Assembly: GCA_009103225.1 (NCBI GenBank)
Contig: RHPI01003488.1
Span: 325,448 to 389,447, forward strand
Direction: 5' to 3'
Source of the DNA: Chlorokybus atmophyticus
Lineage: Eukaryota; Plantae; Mesostigma and Chlorokybus algae
DNA length: 64,000 nucleotides
Numbering within the stretch: the first letter of the stretch is position 1; each line of letters starts with the position of its first letter. The position numbers were made by a program, and so were the translations under genes. Below, piece by piece: positions 39,468 through 53,271 of the stretch. The notes below the pieces were generated by a model. The model saw nothing but the letters and a program-made list of their open reading frames with translations, did no database searches and was not told the DNA's origin.

Positions 39468-41799
39468 TCAGCAGCATTTCCTCGCCGGGTTGTCGTTCGG
39501 GCACGAGTACTCGCACGTTCCCCCTAGGAAGGGCGCAACCCTGCACACGAGGGCCGGCACGGGCACGTTGTACAATAGCATCCCCGCCAGCAGCAACACC
39601 AATCCTAATAGAAAATCCGGTCCCAGCGCGGCGGGCGCACCCAAGTAAGGCAAAGGCAACGTGAAGGCCAACACCGCCAATGGCACCGTCGCCGCCCCCG
39701 TGATGGACGCCACCACCGCGCTCGACGCACGCAACAATGACAAGCTCGCCACATTGAACGCCATGTTGACCGCCACGTAGAGTAGAGGCAACAAGGGCGC
39801 TCCCCTGCAATCCGCCCCGGGCGTGCCCGGGTTCATCCCAACAAAACACTTGCCTCCTCTGACCAGATAAGATGGCAAGTCTGCGGGTTTGACTCCACGC
39901 AGTGAGGCGAGTAGTGGTAGCAAAGCCAGCACGCACAGCGCCTGGAAGCCGGAAGAGAAGCTGTTCACGACGAAGATGTCCAGCGGCTTGCTGTTGCTAC
40001 CCAACCGCTTCTTGGCGTCGTTGAAGGTCCACTCCTTGAAGATGGACGACAGAGCCGACGGCACCATCGACGCAGCGTACAGAAGCACGGGCGCACCTGG
40101 CGTGGAAGACAGGCGTGTTCAAGCATGCTCACAACTTGGAGAAAGAAAGTGAATGTGACGACCTGTGTGTTAACATTTACCTGCTGTCCTCAACGCCTGA
40201 GCTGCCGCGTCCACACCCGCGGGCCCGCTGTTCTGGCGCGCGGCAACAACAACGCCAACAACGAGGAGACCCGCGCCAACCACCTGCGCGGGCCTGCGCA
40301 CCCAATGAACAAGTTGTTGTGATGTTGGGTTCGGTGATGACAATGTGCAATACCTGACTTGCTTGAGCACACAAGCACTCATCCACATTCACGCACGCAC
40401 GCACGCACGCACAAGAGGAGGTTGCTGGGTTGGACACTAAAGTGTATACCTGAATTTCCTTTTCAGTAGTATTGCCGACAGCGCCAGTTGCCACACGAGA
40501 TACGTCTGGTTGAGTACGGGTAGTAGTGCTCCCCCGACCGCTCCCGGCAGCTGCGCCGCCCCCGCCAGTCCCATCGTGAACCCCAGCGCTTCCAGCACGC
40601 CCATCACGGCGAAACGCCACTTGGGGAGAGACAGCATCGCGGGCGTCACGAGACCGGCGCGGTAACGGATAGAGAGGGTGAGGAAGTAGACGACCACGTA
40701 ACCGAAGGTAGTCACTTGGGCCTGGGGAGACAATGGGCATGCGCGTGTGGGTGTGGGTGTGTGCGTGCGCTTGGACACACACACACACGCGCGCGCACAT
40801 GTGTCTGTGCGTGCACGTGTAGAACTTGCCGCACATGCTCACAGAGGTACACACAACTGCATGCATGCATGCGAACACCAATCCATCATCACTGACTAGG
40901 AAGAAGACGTAGTCTGGCTGCAGCGGCACAAGCGCCATCTTGTACAGCACGCGGTTGGCCACTCCCAGAAACATGGCCAGCGCCACGCGCGCCGCGAAGC
41001 CCGTGTCGATGCCGCCAAGCAGGCCGCCTCTTCTATCACCCGACACGCGCACGCCGTCGCTGGATGCGGAAGCAGTTGTCGGGGGAGAAGGGCGACGCTG
41101 TTGTTGTTGTTGCGAGGGACGACGCCTCGCGGCGCCCAACCAACCTCTGTGCACACACGTGCGCGGTGGTTAATTCTTTGAACCTCTGTGCAAACACGTA
41201 CGCGTGCATTGGGGAGCAGTGCTATGCACCGACACATAGCAAGTGTGGCCAAGCAAGCCGGGCCATGTCTGTATGTAATGCTGTAGCTGCTGTCTGGAGT
41301 GGAGGACAAACAGCCATGTGACACAGCGACACATACTGACACAGCGACTGTCAATGCTGCTGTTGCTGTTGCTAGCCATTGGGCACCGCAGGGATCACCC
41401 GCACAATCGACATGAACACCACACCACAGAGAGAGAGAGAGCTGTCCACAATGCTGACCTCCACTTGAGCGTCACATGATCATCGAGTGCGATCCCCTCC
41501 TTCGCCACCTTCTTCACCGCCGCCCTCACCGCTCCCCCTACCCCCAGCAGCGCCACCACGGGGCCAACCACACCACTCCCCGCGGCAGCGGCGGCCATCA
41601 GACCCGAAGAGGACGTCGGGGAGGAGGAGGAGGGGGAAGAGGAGGAGGAAGCGAGAGTGGTCATGGATGACGTCCTGGTCGGGGCGATCCTCAACGACAC
41701 CGCCGGTGATGGTGATCGTCCTCCACCGCCGCTTCCTCCTTTGGGCAACAGCGGCGGCGACAAGCGATAGGAGGTGGACGCCGTGACGGCTGTCGTCAT
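39468..41799 (-). CDS. CLT: Chloroquine-resistance-transporter-like (CLT) plastid glutathione/thiol transporter
   Basis: VANRVLYKMALVPL..YVFFL|AQVTTFGYVVVYF; FAVMGVLEALG; SSIFKE..F; LDIFVVNSFSSGFQAL; DCRGAPLLPLLYVAVNMAFNV. The S/T-rich first exon (41799 to about 41455) splices in frame and looks like a transit peptide. Confidence 0.93.
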
Positions 41800-41964
41800 G
41801 GTTGGCCTGGCCAGGGCGACAATAATTGTACGCAGCGATTGCCGCCCACACTAACGCCGCCGCCGCCGCCGCCGCCGCCGCTCATGCCGCCGTCCGCACG
41901 ATGCCGTACCAGGCCGGATGATGCCAGCAAGTACGACATCGGCCTAGTCGTTTGAGATGTTGTC

Positions 41965-43947
41965 ATGACGGCGGCGGCGGCGGCGGCGGCAGCGGGGGGG
42001 AGAGGCGTACTGTCGTCGTCGTCGTCGTCGCCATGCGTGAGGCAGTACGTGGCGCAGCGTGCGTTGCGCGTGCGGTGGCTGCCGCCGGAGCTGGCTGCCG
42101 CCGCCTCCGCCTCGTCAACGGCGGAGCCGCTGCTGGCCGTGGCCTCAGCAGCCGACGATGACGTACATTGCACGCATGCATGCACACTGCCGTTGGCTGT
42201 CACAACCATCACACACGCACACACAGAGGCAGGAGCAGTGTTCCAGCATGCCCCAGCATCCTCAGCATCAGGGTGCACGCATTACATCACATTACGGTGT
42301 ACTCACCACGCACAGGTGTACTACCTGGCTGTAATCGGTGTGGGCGATGGCGGCGAGGCGCTGCAGTGGGCGGGGGCATGGCAGCATCCAGCCAAACCAA
42401 CGCACCTCAGCGTAAGCGCACACAGAGTCAGTGTGGTTGGGACACACACACACACACACACACACTTGTCATGCACAGGTTGCGCAGACGGGTTCTAGCC
42501 AGGCCGCCCTAGTGACCGGTTCCGCCGCCGGCTCCCTCTCACGCCTGCGCCTCGACGTGTCCTCCTCTCAGGTGCACACTCACTCTCTAACACACAGCCC
42601 CCTCGCAAACACATACAAACACGGCCACAACAACACGTGTGTGACGGTGTCGTCGTGTGCAGGAGGGGAGGCGTGTCATCGATGCGGTGGATGTGGACTT
42701 GGATGTTGTTGATATGGATGGAGATGGAGATGGCGATGGGGATGGTGACGGTGCTGGTGGTGCGGTGGCGCAATGGGCTCTGCTGCACTCCGGTCCCGTC
42801 GCAGGTGAACACGCTCGTGCCTGCGCGTGTTCACGTCGTGTCTCTCTATTGTCTCTATTGGTACGTAAACCCACACTGGCCCCGTAGGTGTTGACGTGTG
42901 GCCGCACTCTCTGGATGTTGCCAGCGCGGGCGCCGACGGAAGGATAGCCGCCATCAACCTCGCGCACGAAGCAGACCAGGCACAACACATATGCGGTCAG
43001 ATGACTCACGTGCTCATGTGCGTGTGCGTGGATGCGCGCGCGTGAAAGAAGCACGCACTCGTGTTTGACGCAACCCCTTTTCTCCTTCTGAACAGACAAC
43101 AAGGGCATGTTGTCTTACAGCGGCGTGAGGTGGGCGTCGAGCGACGCGCTCGTGGCGGCCACCACGAGCGGGAAGCTGCACGTGTGGGACAGGAGACAGC
43201 AGTGCATTGCGCAACGCATCGACGCGGGAGCGGGATGCAGGATACACGACCTCAGGGTCGATCGCTCCAGGTGTGCGCGTGCGCGCATGTGCATATGTGC
43301 ATGTATGTGCGTGTGTGGGCGGGCGTGTGGAGTGCGTGCACGCATGTGCGCATGCGGCTGGGGGTGCTTGTATACAGGGGCGCACGTGTGCACATATCAG
43401 TGTGCTTGCGCGTGCACACCGAGACAAGTGTTTGCTGCTGGTTGTATCTCGTTCTTGGGTCGTGTGGCAGGCCGCATCTGGTCGCCACGGGTGGTAGCGG
43501 CGGTAAGGTGGCCGTGTGGGACTTGAGGGCCACGAGCAAGCCTCTCGGGCAGCAAGTACTCGACGTGAGTGTCTGTTGTGCTATAGATACTGACACTAAC
43601 ATACATATGCTCTTGATGTTACCTGAGACTGGCTGATGATGCGCTTGCGTGTGCAACCAATGCAGTCGGCGTGGGAGGTGTGGGAGGTTCAGTTCGACCA
43701 CATGCGCGGCGGGCGATCGGCTGCGTTGGCGTCCTCGGGTTCGGTCCCGCGCGTGCTGGCGTGCTGCGAGGGCGGCACGCTCGAGTGCGTGGACTTGGCT
43801 GCGGGCGGCGTGAGCAGGGACGTGCTCGCGGACGAGGCCGGCGTCGCCATCAACACATTTGATGTGGACCCCCTCGTCGGCGAACACGTCGCGAGCGGGA
43901 CCGACAGCGAGTGCTTGTTGTACATGCGCAGGACACCCGAGTATTGA
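41965..43947 (+). CDS. NUP43: WD40-repeat protein, nucleoporin NUP43-like
   Basis: QYV...LRVRWLP at the N-terminus; WD motifs DVASAGADG, GKLHVWDRR and LVATGGSGGKVAVWDLR; C-terminal EVWEVQFD..VLACCEGG..AINTFDVD, as I recall for plant NUP43. Confidence 0.8.
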
Positions 43948-44795
43948 CTCACTGGTGTTGCTGTGGGCACGTGCGTGCGTGCGGGTGTGTATGTGTACAA
44001 TGGTGGTTGTACTTGGTTGGTGATGAAAACAATGCTTTGTGGGTGTGCAGCTGATGTGCACGTTTGCAACTTTGTCTCTTTTGCCGAATCTTCTTTGTCG
44101 ACTGTTACCGCTCGTAGCCTTGCGGGAACTTATATCCAAACTGTCGGCTTGCTGGTAACAAACCGCCGGTTCCCTTGCAAAAAACCGCCAGTCTGGGTAC
44201 AAGCATCGTGTTGTAATTTCGGTTGACTTGCAGCAGTAGTCAATGACTTGATCAACTCAAAGCTGTGCTTTGCAAAGCTTGGTGTTGACAAACTGCCTCT
44301 TGGCGCAATGATGCATTCTGCATACATAGAATGGTGGCTTTACTTTTGAAAGGTTGCAGTCATTTCAAGTTGCCGATAATGCGGTCACAACACGAGAATA
44401 GCACTGCCTCTATTCGAATATCACAGTGGTACATAGTACAGCTCATGCCAGTGCTTTAGGGTACCCTCATTTGACACTAGCCATGGCTCTGCTGTGGTAC
44501 TTTACCAACAGCGCGCAATGTACTTTCAGTGCATGCTGTGGACACGTGCATTTTCCATTGCTCTGCGGCATCGTCCTCTATCACCTCAACGTGCGTATGG
44601 GCTTCCGTGATGGCCAACCATGGCAATTACCAATACTCTAGCAAATCCTTTTGGGGAGCATCTGCGGGCAACACGTATCCCTTGATCAGCCTCATTCACA
44701 ATAAGTGAATGAGGCTGGTCAATACCACCGCATCATCAGCAACCTGTCAGAGCAACTATGCCCAAAGTCTTCCATGCCAAGCATTTGCGGCTGAG

Positions 44796-47700
44796 TTATT
44801 GTTGTTCGTCTAGGCCGTCTACAATGAGCTGTTCATCCAGCGAGGTGAAGTGTCTGAACAACGCCTGCGGGCATCAACCATACACCAACAATCAGTCACA
44901 CAGGCACACGGTGAATAATGTCATGCATGTCTACAACTACTGGCAGCATATCCTGTACGCACACATACACTTGCTTGCCAGCACAGCAGCCCACCTTGAA
45001 ATGGTTCACCGCATGCACCACATCATCTGTGCCGCATATCTCCCTTATGCTGCGGCCAACACCACAAGTAAGATCGGTACCTTATTATCGGCACAAGTCA
45101 CACGCAGCGTCGCGACACATACAAGGCCCACACACCTGTGCATGGCGAGCTGCGGGACTCCCACATCAACCGTCCTCATGCCAGTGTGGCTGGCAATGAT
45201 CGGGCCAATGGTCGACCCGCACGCCATGTCGTTCCTCACAACAAACTCCTGCGCAAACACACATCAACAATCATGCACACATACAGTTCATGTGCGAGAG
45301 TGATCACGCGCCTGTGTGGGTAGGTTGTGTCGTCGTGCAAGCTCGCGGAAGAGGCAGGCTGTGACGGCGTTGGTAGCGTAGCGTTGGTTGGCATTCGTTT
45401 TTATGACCAGGCCCTTGTGCAACTGAGGCTGATGCTGCTCTTCGTGCTGCAAACAGGGAGCCAACATGTGTGCACATGCGTGATGTTTCTTGACATGTGT
45501 GATTAGCATAAGAGGCTCTGGACAGGGGGGGTCCACCTTTTCTGGATAGTTGGGGTGCAGCGCATGCGCCATGTCTGCCGACACACAGTAGCTGCGCCGG
45601 AGCGCACGCGCCACCACATTCTGCATGATGGGATCACACTCTGTTGCATAAATTTCACGCTGCGTGCAGAGAAGACACGCACAACGATACGAGCATGTAC
45701 TGTACCTCCACGTCGTCGCGCTCAAAACCCGCCATGCTTGACGTGACCTGCGCACGCAGTAAGTGACCAGAAGCGAGGACAGACAGAACTGTTGTTATTT
45801 GACACGCAGCACGTTACTCACCCTCTTGACCGTTTCCAACATTACGGGGGAGCCGGCGCCATGGGCGGACTCAGACCCAACCTGTGGTCACACAATCACC
45901 ATACCCAACACGCGTGTTATATTGGATATAGGCTGCATATGGCACACGCATGGCAGCAACACATGATCTACTGTACCGTCTATACACGTACCTCCTCGTG
46001 GTCAAAAAGCGTCACCATGCGTACCTGGCAGAGAGCTAAGTGCAATCAGATGCAAGGCGCATAAGCACCAATTCACATACATCCTATGACCAACCCAACA
46101 TGAGACTGTGACAAGCGTGTACGGGATACGCGCACAGCACAGGAAAAGGGCTTACCGACTTTTCATCTGCAAGAGAACCGTCTGTACTTGTCTCCACAAG
46201 AGCCTGTTTACAACAACAGTGCTTTCTGTGAGCAACAAGCACTTACATGTTGGCCGATCTAACATGCATGTTTGCATACATGCATGCACATGCTTGCAGC
46301 ACAACTGCACAACGGGCCTTACATTCAGCGAGCAGTACGACATGCAGAGGTTGTCGAGCCTGCCGGAGAAGATGAACTCCTCCATGGCGCCAGCAACCAC
46401 TGTATAAAAACCACATACAACCAGCATCCGCATCAAATACTACTGCAACACTGAGACTGTGGAGCAGTTGTTGAGTGTTTACCGCTCGGTTGCGTGTCGC
46501 AGCACTGCAGCTCAAAGTCCAGAATCTCAGAGGGAAGGCACTTCAGCTCATCAGCGAGGAGCTGCAACGCATGCAATGATAAACAACATGCAGATACGTG
46601 CAAGCGTGCAAACATGAAACTTGGCTACCACACCTGCAGCAACAGCGGGTGGTGCGGGACATCAGGGACATCAGCCTTCTCTCCTGTAGGGGCCGCTTTG
46701 GCGCCTTGCTCGACGCCAGTCAGTGCAGCCTAATGAAAATGAGGATGCCTTACATGTGTGACTTACAATTGTAGCAGTAGTAGTCTCACCATATAGTCAA
46801 GTGAGCTCCTGTACCTTAACGTTGGTTGCCAGGACCGGAACAAGATGCGTGTGCGTGTTGGGTTTGAAACCTTCTGTGTTTACCTCCCTGCCACAACCAC
46901 CCAAGCAGTTGAATGAAGTCACTTACCACACACGCGTATGTGCACACACATACGCACCTATAAAGATGGATGGCGAGGTTGGGTATCCGCATGATAGGCC
47001 TCGATATCTTCACCAGCTCGTGGCTGTACTGCCCCGCTCTCGACAACAGCACACGCCCCGCCACGCTGAGGTCCCGATCAAACCACGTGTGCCACAAACC
47101 CCCACCGTACGTTTGCACCTGCCAAGATGAACGCTTGTATGCAATGGCATTCACACAATGAGGCTGGGCTTCTTCTCTTCTAGTTGCCAACGTACCCCAA
47201 CTGTGAGGTAGCCGCCTTTGGCTCCTTTGGACACGGGTTTTAGCTTCAAGCACGGGCTGTCGGTGTGAGCGCCTACCACAACCACTCCGTTGCCCGGCTC
47301 AAACCTAATCAATTGATTGAAGCCAACATGATGGTGGTCGCATACAATATGACCAATGTTCCGATGCTGGGTGCACGTGTGAGCTTACTTTGAGCCGACT
47401 GCAAAGGCGACGAGCGTGGACATGTTGCGCGTGAAGAAGTACTTCCCTCCAGGCTTCAGCGCCCACGCGTCCTTTTCAAGAAGCTGCGAGTAACCCGCAG
47501 CAAACAGCATCTTCTTGGCTTCAGCTGCAACACGCAGTCAATGCACAAGTCTTCCACACACGCACGTACACAAACTAGACGCGTAATCAAGCGCACCAAC
47601 GGCGTGGAAGGGAGTCCACGCTTCATTGAGGAAGCTAAGAAACTCCGTCACAATGGCAGACGAATTCTGCGTGGAAGGGGAAGGGGAAGTTGGAGGCATG

Positions 47701-48634
47701 ACAGTGGTCGGCGTGTTGTTGTTGTTGTGTTCGGCTTCAACTGCTGATGTCGCTGTCGAGCAGGCTTGGCACACGCCCGAACGCATGCCTCTGCTGCTGG
47801 AAAGCACACAAGCTTGTCAGAGATAGCAGTTGTTGTCAATGGTAGAATACAAGGGAATGAGTATCTGACGATGTACAACCACAAGGCAGGCTGTGTGTCT
47901 GCTATGCTGCAGCGCCATGTGCACCTTCATCATCATCCCGCATGCATTGTGCATGCAACAACCTGCTGTAGACACACATGAACTGCACATATGGCACGCA
48001 TCACGCGTGTGCAACGCCGTTGTGTACACCTACTGTAAGCATGGAGTAAGCTTATCCATGTAAACACGTGGGCTCATGCACACACGCATGTACGCGTGTA
48101 CACAGAGACCACCCGCATGTTAACACACACACACATGCACTGGGGATGTATCTAATGCACATGCATGTGATGATCATTGATGTGTGCATTCTGCTCGCAC
48201 ATGCAAGTTCAAAATCCATAAGTCAAACACTCACGAGCAACACACGGGATGCAGCCTGTCGCAGGCGCGAGTGGCATCCATTTTAACAGCTGCATGCAAA
48301 GCTTACAATATACTGCACGTCCTGTGCATGCAAGATGATGATCTGCATATAAGCTGACGTTCCGTGGTCACAGCAAGCAATAAAAGGCACGCATTGGCTA
48401 GAAGGCACAATCAATATCTGATAGTCCTGGCAGGCACCTTGTCCAGCAGCTCAGCCTCCCGTTGCGTGCAGTGCTGCTGCTGCTGCTGCTGCTGCTGCAA
48501 GTGTCCACCACCATCGCCCTGCGCAGTAGGAGCAGCCCAATCGCCTGCTGCTGCGCTCCCTCCCGCCGCCCCAACAGGAGGGCCGACCTGCTCGCTGCTG
48601 CTGCCAGGGGGCGGGCCGCAGCGGCGGCGGCCAT
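44796..48634 (-). CDS. DNPEP: Aspartyl aminopeptidase (M18), copy A, with putative transit-peptide exon
   Basis: [46 protein letters not shown]|[15 protein letters not shown] and CGSTIGP...QLAMH. The exon at 48634-48438 joins in phase 2 to the exon starting near 47795. Confidence 0.95.
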
Positions 48635-49530
48635 GGAGCTCGCTCGGCCTGGCCCGCCTGGGCTGGCAGTGCAGGAGGAGGCGGTGGGCGGGGAAGCGCA
48701 CGCCGGCACGCTCCGCTGCGCCGTAATCATCGCATGAGAGAGATGTCACCAGCCTCGTTGTCGCTGCCCTCCTCCTCCTCGCCCACGCCGCCGCTGCGTC
48801 CTCCGCCCCGCAGCTACTGTTCAGACCAGACTACTGTAGCGCATGCTTGTAGTGTCGACAACAAGCTTGATGGTGTGTTGCTGGGGCTCATGCCAAGCGC
48901 AGGCGGTAAAGTGAAATAAGGGACATTCACCTCCTAGGCCTCTTGTGCAATGCCGGCATGCTTGAAACTACTCGCAAAATCATGTCAACTTGTATCAACT
49001 CGGCAAGAGAGTTGCGAGGATACTTGTTTAAGGTGTATGGGAGCTGGTGTCATGTGCGCAGAATGCGAGAAGTTGTTCCGGGCGCCTCTGTTGTAACCAA
49101 TGCGGAGCCGTTGGTCACACACAAACTCTGCCAAGTTCTGCATGCTCAACCCTCGGCTACGCGTAATAGCAATGACAGTGTAGACAGCACTGCATTTCTC
49201 TTGCCCCATTCTTGGGATACAGTGCATAGCATTTGGAGAGCTAGTGCTTGCTGGCATGACCTCATGTTGCTGATGTCACAGGAGTTGACAGGCAACCACA
49301 ACCCGCTGCAGACCAGGAACCATCTGGTGTTCCAGTTCGCCAACATACATTGCGCACAACCCACTTACAGCACTACGTTGCATGCCACACAAGCCCACTG
49401 CTGTGTCATCGCACACGTATTGCCGCCCGCCAATGCATCTGATGAGCAATGGGAGCCGCAGCACGCTTGAAAGTTTCATTGTATCGGACAGCAATGACAG
49501 GCCAGGCGCAAACACATGCTAGAGTATGTG

Positions 49531-52500
49531 CTACACATCGGTTGGGCCGTCCACAACGAGTTGTTCGTCGAGTGCAGTAAACTCTTCAAACAAGGCCTGC
49601 AAATAGCGACATTGACTACTGCAATGTAAATGCACCTGCAAATGCAATGTCACATGCACACGAGCCCACAGTGGTTCGTGCAACTGTACCTTGAAATGGT
49701 TGACAGCATGAAGCAGGTCATCCGTGCCACAGATCTCCCTTATACTGTTTGCAGGCAAAGTTCATGGCCCAAAGTGTCAGGGGCCAAACACACCAAGAAC
49801 GCATGAACAATTCAAAAAGGTAGATCAACAGATTCCAAACTCACCTGTGCATGGCCAGTTGGGGAATGCCAACATCTACAGTGCGAATGCCAGTGTGGCT
49901 GGCAATAATGGGACCAATGGTCGAACCGCAGGGCATGTCATTCCGCACAACAAATTCCTGGAATGCAACAAAGAGTAACCACGCCTGTAGCAGTGAACAA
50001 CCTCAAAAAGAATTGAAACCTACCTGTGTGGGCAAGTTGTGACGCCTGGCGAGCTCACGGAACAAGCACGCAGTGACAGCGTTGGTTGCATAGCGCTGAT
50101 TTGCATTGGTCTTGATGACCAGCCCTTTGTGCATCTGTGGCTGATGGTGCTCTTCGTGCTGCAAGCAATCACACAATGCTCAGCTCCACTGCGATTGACT
50201 CAAGGCAGCGCTTAAGTGAAGTCTCACCTTGTCTGGGTAGTTTGGATGCAGACAGTGTGCCATGTCTGCTGAAACACAGTAGCTTCGGCGGATGGCACGT
50301 TCCACTACATTCTGCCGAGAAATGTGGTCAGCTGTTGGCATGATTCTTGCAAGCAGCAATGTTAAGCATTGTAGCAGTGCAACGACAGATGTAGAATTAG
50401 AAATCAGAGACAAGCTTGAACTCAATGACACGCATACTCTACCTCATCGGGCTTGTGACTGGCATCGGAAACGCTTGTGGTGACCTACATACGCGACACA
50501 AGTTAGAGACATGAACGGGAAAGGACTTGTGCACCAGCCCACTCACCCTTTTAACCGCCTCCATCATGACAGGGGAGCCAGCACCTTGCGCAGAGTCAGA
50601 GCCCACCTAATAACCAGACTGAGGTAAGTCTGGGTAAAGTTACCTCAACACCAGGGTGCAAGCCTTTGCATACCTCCTCATGGTCAAACAGTGCAACCAT
50701 GCGCACCTGCACACATACACCAGTTTTCAATCTGGTTTGGACAAGGCATGGCAAGTGTCGTCTACTGAATGTTAGTCACAGTAGAGTGCTTCACGAAACA
50801 TAGACACGCAAATCAATATGAATGCATGTGTGGCAGTCATAAAACTCAATTACACGCACAGTTGTTCAAGCCACACGCACATTGGCCACTGGCGGATGAA
50901 TGCACGCAGAGACATACCGACTTTTCATTTGCTAGCGAGGAGTCCGACGTGCTCTCCAGAAGAGCCTGCAACCTGACTGTGAGTGGCAACCAAAGCATCC
51001 TCAGTTCAAGACAAACAAGTAACTACTAGTAACCAGGCAAGGCCGACAGTGCACATACCTTCAGTGCACAGAATGACATGCCCAGGTTGTCCAGCCTCCC
51101 AGAGAAGATAAACTCATCAAGTGCTCCACCGATTGCTGCAAGAAACCAGGTAGTTAGCTGCCGACTGGATTGTTTGTGCAGCAGTGGTGCCATGCGCTGC
51201 TGTGGCGAGGCACACATACCACTTGGTTGTGTATCACAGCATTGCAGCTCGAAGTCCAAGATGTCCAATGGCTGACACTGCAACTCGTTGGCTAACAGCT
51301 GGAAGAACAGGCAACATGTGATCAGAACTGCAGTAGTGCATGAAACAACTGCAAACATTGAAGGCCTATCCCGAGTGCAACAGAAGCTGTTTTGTACTTG
51401 TAGAAGTATGGCATGGTGTGGGTTTTCCTTGTCAGCCTTCTCTCCTTCCTCCGCCTTGTCACCTTTCTCCGTCTTTTTGTCACCTTCTCCATTCAGAGCA
51501 GCCTGAGAACAACATTTGACGTGACGACGACTCCGCCAAACACTTGGTGGTGTTGGAACGCTACCGGCATGACACAAGGATACCTTGATCTTCGTGGCTA
51601 AAACTGGCACAAGATGCGTCTGCGTGTTGGGTTTAAAGCCTTCCGTGGATAGCTCCCTGCAACCAACCAGCCGGTAAACATTGCTGCCCTCAATAAGCAA
51701 ATAGGTATACAATCACAGTGGTTGATATAGTGTCACCACCATGCTGCAAGCAGCTGTTACATGGACAAGACAAGGCGGAGCGACAAACAGATATGATAAG
51801 GAACAAAGACTCCTGAACTTCGTCAAGAATAACAGCTAACTGGAAGGAGGAGACAACGGGGCACAACCAGCAAAGGAAGCGGTACATGTCTGACCTGTAA
51901 AGGTGAATAGCAAGGTTGGGAATGCGCAAGATGGGCTTTGAGATCCTGACAAGTTCATGAGAGTATTTCCCGCCTGCTCTTGATAGCAGCACTCTACCAG
52001 CGACGCTCAGATCACGATCGAACCAAGTGTGCCACAAGCCTCCACCATAGGTTTGCACCTGTCAGCCGTCAAGCCAAGTTGCATGACTTGGGACTACCGA
52101 CACTTCCGGGTCACAATGCTTGCAGCATTCAATGCGCTATATCCTGACATACCCCAACGGTGAGGAAGCCACCCTTCACACCCTTGGACACTGGTTTCAG
52201 CTTCAGAGCGGGACTGTCAGTGTGAGCACCAACGACAACAACACCATTGCCTTGTTGAAACCTATCGTGGAAGCAGCAATGAACTAGTCAGTCACAGGAC
52301 GCAAATTATGCGATAGCTGTTCTCACGTTGCGTGTGCTGCTAACTGGGACACTTACTTTGAGCCCACTGCAAATGCAACGATAGTGGACATGTTGCGCGT
52401 GAAGAAGTATTTTCCTCCAGGCTGAAGGTTCCAACCATCCTTTTCAAGCAGCTCAGAGTAGCCCGCGGCGCCCAATCTCTTCTTTGCTTCCGCTGCAAAG

Positions 52501-52954
52501 CGTAGATCACAATTAGGTTTCTTGCTGTCAGAAACAAAGGCACACCACGCACTTGCGCATGGGTTATGCTCATTGACTATGCAATGCGTACCATACTGTC
52601 TGGCTGCGCATGATAGTATGTATACAATTAAACGCTTTTCACAACAAACACCACATGCAGTATGGAAAATGTACAACTGTTACAGCTGCGCTGCCATACA
52701 GTATGAAGCTGCAACGACAGCAGCGAGTCGGTCAGGTCGAGACATTATGTAACTATGAAACCAATCTCCACTCAAACCAGCAGTCTGCTCGAAGGCCAGC
52801 ATGCAATCGTACACAGCAAAGCATACGATCAGAGGAATATACAGATAGACACAACGCTGCTTTGAAACGCACCAACTGCATGGAAAGGCGTCCATGCTTC
52901 GTTCAGGAAGGTAACGAACTCCTGAGCTACAGCTGCGACCTCCTCCGTAGCCAT
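49531..52954 (-). CDS. DNPEP: Aspartyl aminopeptidase (M18), copy B, no N-terminal extension seen
   Basis: Same M18 motifs as copy A and matching intron positions wherever compared. It starts [27 protein letters not shown] and ends [13 protein letters not shown]. Confidence 0.95.
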
Positions 52955-53271
52955 GAGCAAGCTGCGCTCAGCCTCGCCACCTTACACACCGCCGACAAGC
53001 AAGGAAACCAACGCAAAGCAGAGCCGTTTGTCTAACGGCAAACCTGTCACGTTACAGCTCAACATCCACAGCAGCAGTTTGTTACCACGCAGGTTGTGTC
53101 GCCTCAATCACTAACGGGTAGTCGGCGCAAGTGTCGCTGTTTCCCGTTTAGCATAAGTTAAGGTCAAGCTGGCGAGCGGCACTTTGGCGCCCATTGCGTG
53201 AGGCGGGGAGGCGGCGGCGGCGACGGAGGAGGACAGGGAGGAGGTGAACGTCGTGGACGTGGCTGACGGAG

